Source: Octopus vulgaris (taxonomy: Eukaryota). From it: 64,000 bases of DNA. The stretch lies in NCBI GenBank assembly GCA_951406725.2, contig OX597831.1:75082001-75146000 (forward strand), read 5' to 3'. The notes under the pieces were generated by a model, which saw nothing but the letters and a program-made list of their open reading frames with translations, did not search any database and was not told where the DNA came from. Of this stretch, positions 12,134 to 25,070 are shown piece after piece (the first letter of the stretch is position 1; each line of letters opens with the position of its first letter). Position numbers and translations under genes: made by a program.

Positions 12134-12167
<34 letters not shown>

Positions 12168-13419
12168 CTCTGTGTATCTCTGAAGAATCTGACAGTAAAT
12201 GTTAATAATTTGTGTGACGTTGATGAGTAATTTGTTAACGAAAGGGGTTCATTAACAGAAAAGCTGTTCTATTATTTGTGACACTTTGTATTTGAGACTG
12301 AAAGCTAATTCAACTTGAACGTGGAGGTCGAATGTTGCCAAGGTTTGAATAAAATATTAAAAGAGACTAAAAGTATCTCTGTTTCTAAACTGCCAGGGCA
12401 TCGAAACCCATAAACAAAGGATGTTTGGAACGGTGAAGAGGAATTGTGATGAATAAACGGTTATTAATGATATTTAGTTCATAATTGATATTGTTTGGCA
12501 ATATTTGCCGTATTGGCAGCAGATATATTGGCGACAGCGGTGGGAGGGGGGAATACTTTTGGCAGCATTTCTTCTGGATATCTTACATTCCGAGATCAAA
12601 TTTGACTTTGGTCAACTTGCATTTTATCAGGGTCAGTAAAATAAGCATTAGTTGAGTGCTGGGAGAAAGGGGTGGGGTCAATGTAATCAAGCCTTTTTCC
12701 CCTCAGAATAAATGGCCTTATGCCAGGTAGATTTAATCTCTTGTATTTCATGATTAAGGTTGCAGATTTGCAAATGCCCTTAAAATGCCCTTGCCATCTG
12801 TGCTCTTCGTTCAAATCCCTTTTAAAGGTTGATAACATAAAGTATCAATCCAGGGATTGGCAGAACTGTTAGAGGGTTTAATTTAGATACCTTGTAATGT
12901 TTGTCCATTCTCTTTGCATACAGTGACACTGGTGCCAGGCTTTTTATTATTCCAATTTGCCAGCCTTTCCCTGGATTAAACTGTAGTTGTGTAGTGGGAC
13001 AGACTTGCATCCATAGGTAACTGCTTGACTTTCTCAACAGAAAAGAAAACATTTTACCCAAACCTGCATTTGTGGAGGCATGGTCAACCTTGACCACCAC
13101 TATCCCTGTATTTCAATATGTATAAGAACAACTAGTTTGGTATTATTGTTAACCCATTGCTCAGCATTTCTTTGACAGTCAGAAAAACTTTGTCTCGGAT
13201 TTCCCCTTATGTTTTGGTGGTCTTTTAACTCTGTACGGCCCTTGATATGTGTGTAGGGCTCTCTAATATGGTCCTACTTTGGTCTTCTTTGGTCACTTTT
13301 GAGTGAATGTCTAATGTCAGGGACGAGTTTGAGCGTTTTGCGTGAATGTTGTTGAGAACTGGGGCAGTATATCATCTCTATAACAATATGTGATTATAAT
13401 CAATATAAAGTTAGCCATT

Positions 13420-13824
13420 TGGCTGTGTGGTAAGTAGCTTGCTAACCAACCACATGGTTCCGGGTTCAGTCCCACTGCTTGGCATCTTGGGCAAGTGTCT
13501 TCTGCTATAGCCTCAGGCCGACCAAAGCCTTGTAAGTGGATTTGGTAGACGGAAACTGAAAGAAGCCTATCGTATATATGTATATATATATGTATGTATG
13601 TGTGTGTATATGTTCGTGTGTCTGTGTTTGTCCCCCTAGCATTGCTTGACAACTGATGCTGGTGTGTTTACGTCCCCATCACTTAGCAGTTTGGCAAAAG
13701 AGACCGATAGAATAAGTACTGGGCTTACAAAGAATAAGTCCCGGGGTCAATTTGCTCGACTAAAGGTGGTGCTCCAGCATGGCCGCAGTCAAATGACTGA
13801 AACAAGTAAAAGAGTAAAGAGTAA
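13420..13824 (+). mobile_element. SINE family A
   Basis: Near full length. Confidence 0.92.
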
Positions 13825-14759
13825 GGACAAGTGATGGAAAAGTAGTGATTGAAATAATGAGGAAGATTATAATCTTGGAATCAGATTATAAGTATATTCA
13901 TGGCAACACACAATGGTGCCAAAATCAGATTATTAGAAGTAATAAAAAATACACTTCTTCCCAATGGGTTGGTGTTTAAAAGTTCTAAACTTTATACAAT
14001 GGTTAATTATAATGGTGAGATATGTCCATGGGTAATTGATGTAAAGTGATTTCTTTACAAGAATTTGAAATAGATTTCAGTTGACGAGAATCAAGAGTGA
14101 AACTCCAGGAGATTTTAATGTCAGCTGGAATGACATACCATTTCATTCTGTCCAGATTATCTCCATTGCTTTCCATACCCTCATTATTTTTCATTTACAA
14201 CCATGGATTATACTGGGGATTCTTCATTTCGTTATTTCATTATCCACACACACACACACATAATATTTGTCTTTTATTTATTTCAATATTTCGTTCTAAT
14301 TGTCATCAGTGCCATTCTGATGCAACATTTTATTCCTTTGGTGTTCTGGGATTGGATTCTGTATCCAGTTTACCATTTTAATTACTGCACACTCCTCTTC
14401 AATACTGCTCTAGCACTTTCCAAAATCTGTTTCTCTCTCTCTCTCCATTTATTTCTTTATTTGTGCTTTGCAGTTCATTGCCCTATTAAAAGAGCTCTGC
14501 TCTTGTCAGAAATCAACTTTAAAAAAATCTAGTGTTACTTACGTTGTTGTATATTTTTTGTTGGTTTTGTTGTTTGTTTTTATGTACTAAAGATACATTA
14601 TAGATACAGAAGACATTTAATAAATCCATATTCAAAATCTGTTGTATATACATGTGTGTATTTATATGTATGTTATGGGTGTATTATCTATATTCTGCTA
14701 GCACAGAAAATGTTAAATGATTGTATAATATAATACACCCACATTTTATTTCATTTCAT

Positions 14760-15620
14760 TTCATCATCATCATCATCATCATCATTTAACGTGTTTTATG
14801 CTGGCTTAAGTTGGATAGTTTAACTGGATGTGATGGATCCAAACACTGCATTGTGCTCCAGTGCCAACCACTTAACAGTGTGTACTAGGTGCTTTTTTTT
14901 TTTTGTGTGGCCCCCGCATAAGTGAGGTTACCATACAGTTCACAAAGCTAAAAACCCCTTCAATGGAGTTGGACTACAAGAGCAGAAGGTAGGTTTTGAG
15001 AGGTTAAAGCCAGGACTGAACAGGTTTCTTGTAAAAGAGCTACATGGTTATTGATATTGTGGAAGAGAAGGTGGGACTTGAGAGGTAAAATAGTGTTGAG
15101 GAGTGTCAGGGTAGATTCTCAAGATGAGGTGAGGGGTAGGGAAAGGGTTAGAGGCTGCAAGGGTGTGTAGGGAGAGTGAGAGGGTTAGAGAGGGAAAATG
15201 AATGAGGATAAATGAAGAACAAGTGTTAAGCAGGTGACAGCTGTAGAAATTGGGTAGGTTCGAGGGATGGATATAGTGAATAGGGGAATTGGGTGAGTGA
15301 CCAATGACACACATGAACTGGGGCGGGAAGGCAGAGGAGATGACTGACAGTGCAGACACACACACACACACACACACACATTGCATTGTGCTTCCAGAAT
15401 CTCATTTTGGTGAGGTAGTGGGGTCTTCTCAAGAACTGCGTATCACCAGTCATTCCATCCTTTTGTCATTTCTTGTGTGAGATTCAAATTCCTTAGATCA
15501 CCCTTGACCATTTCATTCCATGTCTTCCTGGGTTGCCTTCTTCTGCAATTAAGTGATTGACACTTTTTTATGCAACTCTCTTCATCCATGGGCATTATAT
15601 GTCCATATCAATGCAATCCT
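14760..15620 (-). mobile_element. Fragmented old RTE LINE 3' region
   Basis: (CAT)n tail plus family C motifs at 14760-14910; ccatgtcttcctgggttgcc (PRKTW on -) near 15520. Confidence 0.5.
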
Positions 15621-15795
15621 CTTCCTTATACCCATTTTTACTCTCAGTGCGTTTGTACTTTGTTGTTCATGCACTCTTAAATTACACATACAATGGAACT
15701 GACAAACTCTATTTCTTTCTCAGTTTTCTCAAGTCCTATATATTCAAGGCCCATATCTCACTACCATATAGTCTGCCCTTCAGTCTGAGTATAAA

Positions 15796-15947
15796 GTTAC
15801 TCACCTCATACACTGAAGTTCCTCATCACTACGCTTGTCTCTGCCCTGCTCTGTTATGAACCCTCCCCTCTAAAATGTGAATAACCATGTGACCCTCTCC
15901 CCATACACACACACAGAGCAAGAATCCTGTTCTGCGCTAGCCCCTTC
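15796..15947 (+). repeat. ~150-bp local direct duplication (copy 1; copy 2 at 17809-17958)
   Basis: gttactcacctcatacactgaagttcc...gctagccccttc occurs twice with few differences. Confidence 0.92.
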
Positions 15948-16229
15948 CCTCATACTCTAATCCCACATCTTCTGGCATAAAGTTGCCCTTTTCCTAGGGG
16001 TTAATGTCTTGCAAACTGCCAGCAGCAGAGGTAGCTCCTTAAGCATTCTCCATCCCATTCTTACCCTTGCTACTATACTTTGGGGGCAAACACCTACCCT
16101 ATTAATTTCGTTTGCTAGGTAACTAAAGGTGCTATCTACTTCTAATGAGCCATCGGTTTCCAGTGTGCTCGTAGTACACTCTACTCCAGTTTATCCGTCA
16201 CATACAAAACTTACATTCTCTAATAGTCT

Positions 16230-16402
16230 GTGTTACGTTGTGAGTTCAAATTCCGCCGAGGTCGACTTTGCCTTTCATCCTTTCGGGGTCGATAAATTAA
16301 GTACCAGTTACGCACTGGGGTCGATGTAATCGACTTAATACCTATGTCTGTCCTTGTTTGTCCCCTCTGTGTTTAAGCCCCCTGTGGGTAATAAAGAAAT
16401 AG
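16230..16402 (+). mobile_element. SINE family B, 5'-truncated
   Basis: gagttcaaattccgccgaggtcgactttgcctttcatcc...gtgggtaataaagaaata. Confidence 0.85.
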
Positions 16403-16860
16403 GTTATAGAATTTATACTTTCTCCTTTCCTATGTATTGCACAAGGCCATTTCTCTGTAGATACTAGAGTAACAAAAGAAAAGAGAGAGAGAGGTGGGGG
16501 ATCCAGCACACTGTGATTTACAGATTGGGGCACATTCATTAGTAATTGACTGCTAATCAGTTGAGTTACCTGGAGAAAGATCAGAATATTACCTTTCTTG
16601 GAAATCTCTGTTTGTGTGTCTACCCTTCTGTAGATATCATATGATGGTTGTAAACAAGAATCCCTGTAATACAGGTGGTGCTGTTTGTTTCCACTCTTCT
16701 ATGGAAAAGAACATGCCTGACCATAAGGAAATACTTAACCTGGAAATGGGCGAGGGTTGGTGACAGGAAGGGCATCCAGCCATAGAAATCCTTCTCCAAC
16801 AAATTCCACTTGACCCATACAAGCATGGAAAAGGAGACATTAAATGGTGATGATTATATA

Positions 16861-17248
16861 GGCGCAGGAGTGGCTGTGTGGTAAGTAGCTTGCTAACCAG
16901 CCACATGGTTCCGGGTTCAGTCCCACTGCATGGCATCTTGGGCAAGTGTCTTCTGCTATAGCCCCGGGCCAACCAATGCCTTGTGAGTGGATTTGTTAGA
17001 CGGAAACTGAAAGAAGCCTGTCGTATATATGTATATATATATATGTATGTGTGTGTGTTTGTTCCCCTAGCATTGCTTGACAACCGATGCTGGTGTGTTT
17101 ACGTCCCCCGTCACTTAGCAGTTCGGCAAAAGAGACCGATAAAATAAGTACTGGGCTTACAAAGAATAAGTCCCGGGGTCGATTTGCTCGACTAAAGGCG
17201 GTGCTCCAGCATGGCCGCTGTCAAATGACTAAAACAAGTAAAAGAGTA
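16861..17248 (+). mobile_element. SINE family A, full length
   Basis: Starts ggcgcaggagtggc. Confidence 0.92.
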
Positions 17249-17957
17249 TATATAAACTTGACCTATATAAAGTTTCTCATTTAATTCAAATAACATCCAA
17301 TGTTGTTTTGGTTTTATTAAAAGCAGCAGGAATGGTTTATTTTTTCCTGTTCTCTATTTAAATGGATTACTGTAAAATTCTGTATTTCCTATTAAAATTC
17401 TTCATATACCAACCTTTACTCATTTATTTTTTTCTTCTTTTATTCAATCTATTATTATTATTATTATTTCTTGGCAAAGAAGTCTACAAATTTTTATTTT
17501 TATTTTTCAGCTCCTTTTTAAATTTTTGTTTTATACTTTTCATGATATCTTTTATTTGTTCTTTGAAAACTGTTAAAAAATATTCTTCAATTCTTTCTAT
17601 GCAGTTAATTAAAACTTTCACTGCTTAAATATAATTTCCTTTCTATGTATTCCAATTCAGGTTTCTTTATCAGTATTTGCTAAATGGTCAAACATTTTCA
17701 ATGGAACAATTTTTTCAGTTTTATTTTTTTATGCAGTCTTTCATTCTTGTTACCTTTTCACTGTTCTGATATTGTTTCATCTGTTAGTCTTCATTTACAG
17801 TCTTTGAGGTTACTCACCTCATACACTGAAGTTCCTCATCACTACGCTTGTCTCTGCCCTGCTCTGTTATGAACCCTCCCTTCTAAAATGTGAATAACCA
17901 TGTGGCCCTCTCTTGATACACACACAGAGCAAGAATCCTGTTCTACGCTAGCCCCTT

Positions 17958-18087
17958 CACATGGTTCCGGGTTCAGTCCCACTGTGTGGCACCTTGGGCA
18001 AGTGTCTTCTACTATAGCCTCGGGCCGACCAATGCCTTGTGAGTGGATTTGGTAGACGGAAACTGAAAGAAACCTGTCGTATATATG

Positions 18088-18118
<31 letters not shown>

Positions 18119-18331
18119 ATGTTTGTGTGTCTGTGTTTGTACCCCTAGCATTGCTTGACAACCGATGCTGGTGTGTTTGCATCCCCGTAACTTAGCGGTT
18201 CGGTAAAAGAGACCGATAGAATAAGTACTGGGCTTACAAAGAATAAGTCCCGGGGTCGAGTTGCTCGATTAAAGGCGGTGCTCTAGCATGGCCGCAGTCA
18301 AATGACTGAAACAAGTAAAAGAGTAAAAGAG
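17958..18331 (+). mobile_element. SINE family A, 5'-truncated
   Basis: Begins at cacatggttccggg directly after duplicated segment 17809-17958. Confidence 0.9.
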
Positions 18332-18536
18332 ATCACAACTGCTTGTTTCTACCTTCATCTCAGCATTGAAAGTTTCCTATCCATGCACACAAATACAGAG
18401 CAGTGATTGAACTCCTGTACTATTGGCAGATCAGATTGTAGCCTGGCGCAGCCTCCTGGCTTGCCAGTCCTCAGTCAAGCTGCCAACCCATGCCAGCATG
18501 GAAGGCAGATGTTAAACGATTATTTTTATTATTCAA

Positions 18537-18955
18537 GGCCGATCTGGCAGAATCCTTAGCACACCATGATAAATGCTTAGCAGCTTTTTCGCTCATCTTT
18601 GCATTTTTAGTTGAAACTCTGCCAAGGTCAATTTTTGCCTTTCATCCTTTTGAGGTCAATAGGTTAAGTACCGGTCAAGTAATGGGGTCAGTGTAATTGA
18701 CTTACTTCCTCCCCACAAATTTCAGGTCTTGTGCCCATAATAGAAAAGATTATCATCATCACTTAAGCAATGAGCTGGCAGAATCATTAACACACCGGGT
18801 GGAATGCTTAGGAGCATTTTGTCCCTCTGCACATTCTGAGGTCAACTTTGCCTTTCAGCTTTTTAGGGTCAGTAAAATAAAGTGTCAGTCAAGGGGTAAG
18901 TGTGATCAACTTGCCCCCTTCTCTCAAAACTACTAGCCTTTTGCCAAAATTAGAA
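18537..18955 (+). mobile_element. Two tandem degenerate SINE family B copies
   Basis: ctggcagaatc...ggtcaa(t/c)tttgccttt repeated twice. Confidence 0.65.
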
Positions 18956-18993
18956 ATTATTAAATATTTCAATTCTGTAGGTATCACACTATA

Positions 18994-19322
18994 CAGGGGT
19001 GGGCAATATTTGGGACAGAGTTGCTTAACTCTTTAAAGTCCCACTGTCCTATAAATAGGACACTAAATGAGAACATTTAAATGAGTTATTTCACATTGTC
19101 TCACTGTCCTATTGAAGTAATGGAGTTTTAATAATTATCTTTTTCATTTCAATCATCTGTAAAAAAAATTTTAAAGTAATATTCCGAAATTTAGGTACTC
19201 TGGGACTTAATGGGTTAATGAGTGGAATGTTCTTTTCATTTCTCTGTTTCTTTTAAAGAGGAAAAATGCAAAGAAATTCCAATCATATTCAGCAACTGTA
19301 TACTTACTTTTGCCCACCAGTG
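18994..19322. mobile_element. Tc1/mariner-like MITE containing a nested piggyBac-like MITE (19029-19214)
   Basis: TA|caggggtgggcaa ... ttgcccaccagtg|TA outer TIRs; inner TTAA|ctctttaaagtccca ... tgggacttaatggg|TTAA. Confidence 0.5.
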
Positions 19323-19367
19323 TATATTAAGTTGACTTAGAAATAGCAGTGAAAAAAAAAAACCACT

Positions 19368-19474
19368 AAAGGAAAGAATGCTACTGTTATTTAGCCCTAG
19401 GAAACACCGTTTCCTGTTGGACTTGACACAGTTCCTGTTTCCTAGGGCTAAATAACAGTAGCATTCTTCCCTTT
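19368..19474. repeat. Inverted repeat, 39-bp arms
   Basis: aaaggaaagaatgctactgttatttagccctaggaaaca / tgtttcctagggctaaataacagtagcattcttcccttt; related sequence at 59590-59690. Confidence 0.9.
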
Positions 19475-20632
19475 CATGGGACTGTCACATTAAGTTAACA
19501 ACATACTATCACTTTATCGTGCTGCTACTGCATAAATCCCTCAGAGAGATTAAGAAACGTATTATTTCTATTTTAAAAAAAAAAACTCTTTTCTCTCTTT
19601 CTATAAATGACTTGTTCTTTAAATAACATCATTATCCTCCTCATCATTCAACATTCATGTTCCATGCTGGCACAAGTTGGATGGTTTAACAAAGATCCAA
19701 TAGGACTGCATTGTATTCCAGTCTCATCTTCGGTATGATAGCCATGGCTGGATGCCCTTCTCAACATCAACTACTTGGCATAATATACTGGGTGCTTTTT
19801 TTTCCATGTGACTGGTACTTGTGCAGTGACCATGCAGCTCACACATCTACGAAATCCGTGAAGGGGGTCAGAGTGCACCCTTATTTCAGGTGGGTGTTAA
19901 GGTAGGATAGAAGGGGTTTGCAGTAGAGAAGATTTTTGTTGTAGAGGAGTCATGTGGGTACTCACATTTAGGGGAGAGAGTGAAAAAAAATGAACCAGTG
20001 CTATCTCCCAAGAGACATAGTGGTGATGAGGTGTCCAGGTGGCGCCTCAAGGTACGAGGTGAGTCGTAGTGAGTGGGGACAGAAAGGGTGGGAGTTTGCA
20101 AGAGTGTATGGTGGAGGAAATGTATTGGAGTAAACAATCTCTTTCTGCCTTTTAAGATTCCTTTTATTCTTAGAAAAAAATTGCTTGATGGAAAAGAAAT
20201 AGTTTATTCCATATCCTTTTGTGTGTGTGTGTTGGGGATGCAGTGGGGGTGGATATGTAAACTCGATCTTGTAATAAAAATAAATTATCAATGGTGTACA
20301 ATTTGAGAAATTTTAATTTTTAAATAGAATTTAAATGCTTGATTCACAATTTCTTGTCCTTTTTATTCTTTTTTTTTTTCTAGTATCAAATTTTTATATT
20401 TAGTTATTCTTAAAATAATGAATTTTGAGGAATTTGCAAAGTCATGTCTAACTTTATTTTTTTTCTTGTTTTTTAACTTTATTCCATTGCAGAATTTTCC
20501 TGATGACTAAATAAAATTAAACTTATCTTTATTTTGGATTACAAGATATTTCCTACATATAAAAGGAGCAAGGGAAAAGAAAACCGGAATATTTTCTAAT
20601 ACAAATGGTAATGTGTCTTTTTATCGTACAAA

Positions 20633-21814
20633 ATGTTTCTGGAAGAAATTCAAAGAACTCTCCAAGAGCGCCAATTGCAATCTAGATCTCATAAACAGTT
20701 TGTCTTGGATAAACTAGATGTCTCCATATTCTTAGCATGGATTCTTCAACAATATGACTTCAGTGAATTAAAACTTGCATCTGACAAAAACCATCGAGAT
20801 TTCTCGGTGTTATCCAATCGGCTGTGTCAGCTGAGTTTGGTGTGTGGTGGAAATCTGGTAACATCTATCAATAAATTTAGTATGCAACGGTTATTTGGTT
20901 CTCCATCTGTCTGTTGCCGCCATCATAACTTCTCTTGCCTACCCCAAATTGCTGATATTTCTGATAATATGTGCCACATGGTGGAATTGAAGAACTCTGT
21001 GGCAGAGATTAATAACAACAACAACAACACAACCAACAACTACAATACTAATAATAATTATAACAACAATAACAATGATAACAACAACAACATTAATAAT
21101 AATAATAATAATAATAATCCATTTGTTAGAGAGACTGAGTCATTTTCAGCATTTACACAGATCCCTTGTGAACGGAATAGTTCGCAGAAAATCTGGAAGA
21201 TGAATGAAAATCAATTGTGTTTTGACAAATGTTCAAATGCGAACAGAAACCATCAACTCTGCTCATCTGTCAGTTGTTTAAACAAAACGGATATTGATCA
21301 GAAAACACTTTCTGATGATTCACCCGACAATCTGACTGACCTCAAGAAATGTACTTGCCCCCATAGTCCGTCTCTGCCTCTCACTCCTCAGCCGAGAAGA
21401 CTCAGTCAAAATGCTAATCAAACTGAATTCAAAGAATGTTCTAATTATTGTTATTATTATACTGTGCCTCCTCTTGCAGAGACAATTTCTGTCGAAACTG
21501 GTGAAACGTTTGCAGTACATTCAAAGACTTTGATGAGTGACAGTTTGTCATCAACTTCACTGTGTCACCATGACAACCAGCCAGTTCAGAACGAAAGGGA
21601 TGCACATTTATATCACAGCCGTTCCGTATTTCCTGATGTCCGTTCTACATCTGCAGATCTTCACCATTCATTCAACTCCTCTTGTTCATTACACGTCTGG
21701 GAGGAAAGACTGGATGAAGAATGTAATCTCTACATGCTGGATCAGATACAGCCACAACTTCAGAGGAATTTAGAAAATCCCATTGCTAAACTCTTATCCA
21801 CTGGAGATGACATG
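20633..21814 (+). CDS. First coding exon of an unidentified protein (394 aa, poly-Asn, Cys/Ser-rich low-complexity middle); exon probably starts at 20493
   Basis: Only long non-repeat ORF in the window; pyrimidine tract + tgcag acceptor at 20470-20492; upstream stops indicate a 5' UTR; strong phase-0 donor ATG|gtaagt at 21814/21815. The ORF-track extension to 21973 is probably intron. Confidence 0.78.
21011..21117 (+). repeat. Coding (AAC/AAT)n trinucleotide repeat, poly-Asn
   Basis: Encodes NNNNNNNTTNNYNTNNNYNNNNNDNNNNINNNNNNN. Confidence 0.9.
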
Positions 21815-22062
21815 GTAAGTATATTATTAGAATACTGTTTGGCAGTGTTCCTGTCTGTCTCTGTTTTTGCCCATCTCCATAGGAAGATAATTCTAATTTT
21901 GAGGCATTTCCCTTGGTGCTCTATCCTAAACAATGTTACCCAATCAATACGATATGTTGGAAATATACTTTGACACTGTTGGAATTTGCAATCAATAGGT
22001 AACCTATCATTATTAGAAATATCTATTTATTGCAGATATGAAACATCACTCTCTATCCCCTC

Positions 22063-23680
22063 TGTACCACATATATTCCTCACCATGTACCTTGTATATT
22101 CCCCACCATGTACCTTGTATATTCCCCACCATGTACCTTGTATATTCCCCACCATGTACCTTATATATTCCCCACCACTGTACCTTGTATATTCCCCACC
22201 ATGTACCTTATATATTCCCCACCACTGTACCTTGTTTATTTCCCACCATGTACCTTGTATATTCCCCACCATGTACCTTGTATATTCCCCACCATGTACC
22301 TTGTATATTCCCCACCATGTACCTTGTTTATTTCCCACCATGTACCTTGTTTATTTCCCACCATGTACCTTGTATATTCCCCACCATGTACCTTATATAT
22401 TCCCCACCATGTACCTTGTATATTCCCCACCATGTACCTTGTATATTCCCCACCATGTACTTTGTATATTCCCCACCATGTACCTTGTATATTTCCCACC
22501 ATGTACCTTGTTTATTTCCCACCATGTACCTTGTTTATTTCCCACCATGTACCTTGTATATTCCCCACCATGTACCTTGTATATTCCCCACCATGTACCT
22601 TGTATATTCCCCACCATGTACCTTGTATATTCCCCACCATGTACCTTGTATAGTCCCCACCACTGTACCTTATATATTCCCTACCATGTACATTCCCCAC
22701 CATGTACCTTGTATATTCCCCACCATGTACCTTATATATTCCCCACCACTGTACCTTGTATATTCCCCACCATGTACCTTATATATTCCCCACCACTGTA
22801 CCTTGTTTATTCCCCACCATGTACCTTGTATATTCCCCACCATGTACCTTGTATATTCCCCACCATGTACCTTGTTTATTTCCCACCATGTACCTTGTAT
22901 ATTCCCCACCATGTACCTTGTATATTCCCCACCATGTACCTTGTATATTCCCCACCATGTACTTTGTATATTCCCTACCATGTACCTTGTATATTTCCCA
23001 CCATGTACCTTGTTTATTTCCCACCATGTACCTTGTTTATTTCCCACCATGTACCTTGTATATTCCCCACCATGTACCTTGTATATTCCCCACCATGTAC
23101 CTTGTATATTCCCCACCATGTACCTTATATATTCCCCACCATGTACCTTGTATAGTCCCCACCACTGTACCTTATATATTCCCCACCATGTACCTTGTAT
23201 ATTCCCCACCATGTACCTTGTATATTCCCCACCATGTACCTTGTATATTCCCCACCATGTACTTTGTATATTCCCCACCATGTACTTTGTATATTCCCCA
23301 CCATGTACCTTGTATATTTCCCACCATGTACCTTGTTTATTTCCCACCATGTACCTTGTTTATTTCCTACCATGTACCTTGTATATTTCCCACCATGTAC
23401 CTTGTATATTTCCCACCATGTACCTTGTATATTCCCCACCATGTACCTTGTATATTCCCCACCATGTACCTTGTATATTCCCCACCATGTACCTTGTATA
23501 TTCCCCACCATGTACTTTGTATATTCCCCACCATGTACCTTGTTTATTTCCCACCATGTACCTTGTTTATTTCCCACCATGTACCTTGTATATTCCCCAC
23601 CATGTACCTTGTATATTCCCCACCATGTACCTTGTTTATTTCCCACCATGTACCTTGTATATTTCCCACCACTGTACCTT
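22063..23680. repeat. 23-bp minisatellite (CCACCATGTACCTTGTATATTCC), ~70 units
   Basis: Direct tandem array with recurrent variant units. Confidence 0.97.
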
Positions 23681-24255
23681 GTGGCTATGTCCCCCACACA
23701 TCTCCAACACCATATCTCTCTCTCTCTCTCTGTTACCAAGTATTTCCTCCACAATAAGACACTGATTTCTATCCCTGTTACACGTTCACCTCTCAAAGCT
23801 ACCTTTCTCAGTACCACTCTCTCTCTCAGCCAAAGGGTCTTTGTCTTACAAGTTACTTGGTGACCTCACCAGTGCTGGTGCCACACAAAAAGCACCCTCC
23901 TCACCCTAAATCCAATCCTCAGCAAGATGGGAGCAGAATGAGAGTTGACGAGAATGGTCAGATGCAATGAAAACTGCAATAGTTTAGCCATGTCATTAGG
24001 CACCCTGGACCTCAGCGCTTAGATCGTCAGGGGTTAGGTGAACAAAAGATGGGGTTGCAGTTGATGAAGACAAACTTGATTTTATGACTTCAAGGATCAG
24101 ACCCTGGTACAGTGCACAGCTACAGCATGAGACCCCAGTATGTGGTAAGGAGCAGAGATTGTGTCTGAGAGCCCCTTAGCCTCTGCAATAGTGATGGACG
24201 CATTCATTCAATCATTTAAAATTGATGTACCTATATAATGATGCCTGATATTATT

Positions 24256-24506
24256 AAGAAGCCCATCATGTATGTATGCATGTGTGTGTGTATTTATGTC
24301 TATCTGTCCCGCACCAATGCTTGATAACAGGTGTTGGTATGTTTATGTCCCTGTAACTTAACAGTTCAGCAAAAGAGACCAATAGAATAAGTATCGGGCT
24401 TTTTTAAAACAAGTGCTGGGTGGGGGTCGATTCATTCAGCTAAAACTTCTCCAACTTGGTGCCTCACATGGCTGCAGTATAATGACTGAAGCAAGAAAAA
24501 GATAAA
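24256..24506 (+). mobile_element. SINE family A, degenerate 3' half
   Basis: ttcagcaaaagagaccaatagaataagta...aatgactgaagcaag. Confidence 0.75.
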
Positions 24507-24581
24507 CCTCTCTGCTAACCTGGATTGCGGAAGTGTTCCTCCACCTTCAACAATCGTCATTTTATAAACCTAGTCTTTCAC

Positions 24582-25070
24582 CATCATCAACATCATCGTT
24601 TAGCGTCCACTTTCCATGCTAGCATGGGTTGGACGAATGACTGAGGGCTGGCGAACCAGATGGCTGCACCAGGCTTCAATCTTGATCTGGCAGAATTTCT
24701 ACAGCTGGATGCCCTTCCTAACACCAACCACTCCGAGAGTGTAGTGAGTGCTTTTACGTGCCACCGGCATGGGTGCCAGTAAAGCGGGTGCGGGTAACGA
24801 TCACACTCAAATGGTGTCTTTTACATGCCACCGGCATGGAGGCCAGATAACCGCTCTGGCAACGATCATGCTTGGATGGTGCTCTTAGCACCCTACTAGC
24901 ATGGGGCTCAAGTGCCAGTAAGGCGACGCTGGTAATGATCACGCTCGAATGGTGCCTTTTAAGTGCACTGGCACGGAAGCTGGTTAGCCGCTCTGTCAAT
25001 GATCACACTTGTATGGTGCTCTTTGCACCCTGCTTGCACAGACGCCAATCATCAAATTTGATTTTGATTT
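24582..25070 (-). mobile_element. RTE LINE 3' end (family C) with internal tandem subrepeats
   Basis: (CAT)n tail, core motifs, repeated ggtgc(y)tttt...gccaccggca units. Confidence 0.8.

Noticed and set aside
12730-13100. Possible old LINE remnant or exon on the minus strand
   Set aside because: Too degenerate to assign by eye.
21815-21973. C-terminal hydrophobic extension of the 446-aa ORF
   Set aside because: It follows a consensus gtaagt donor and is more likely intron.
22063-23680. CRISPR-like array
   Set aside because: Units abut with no unique spacers, and the context is eukaryotic.
21986-23863. Long ORFs (up to 575 aa) in several frames
   Set aside because: They are translations of the stop-poor 23-bp minisatellite (MYLVYSPPCTLYIPHHVPCIFPT repeats), not a gene.
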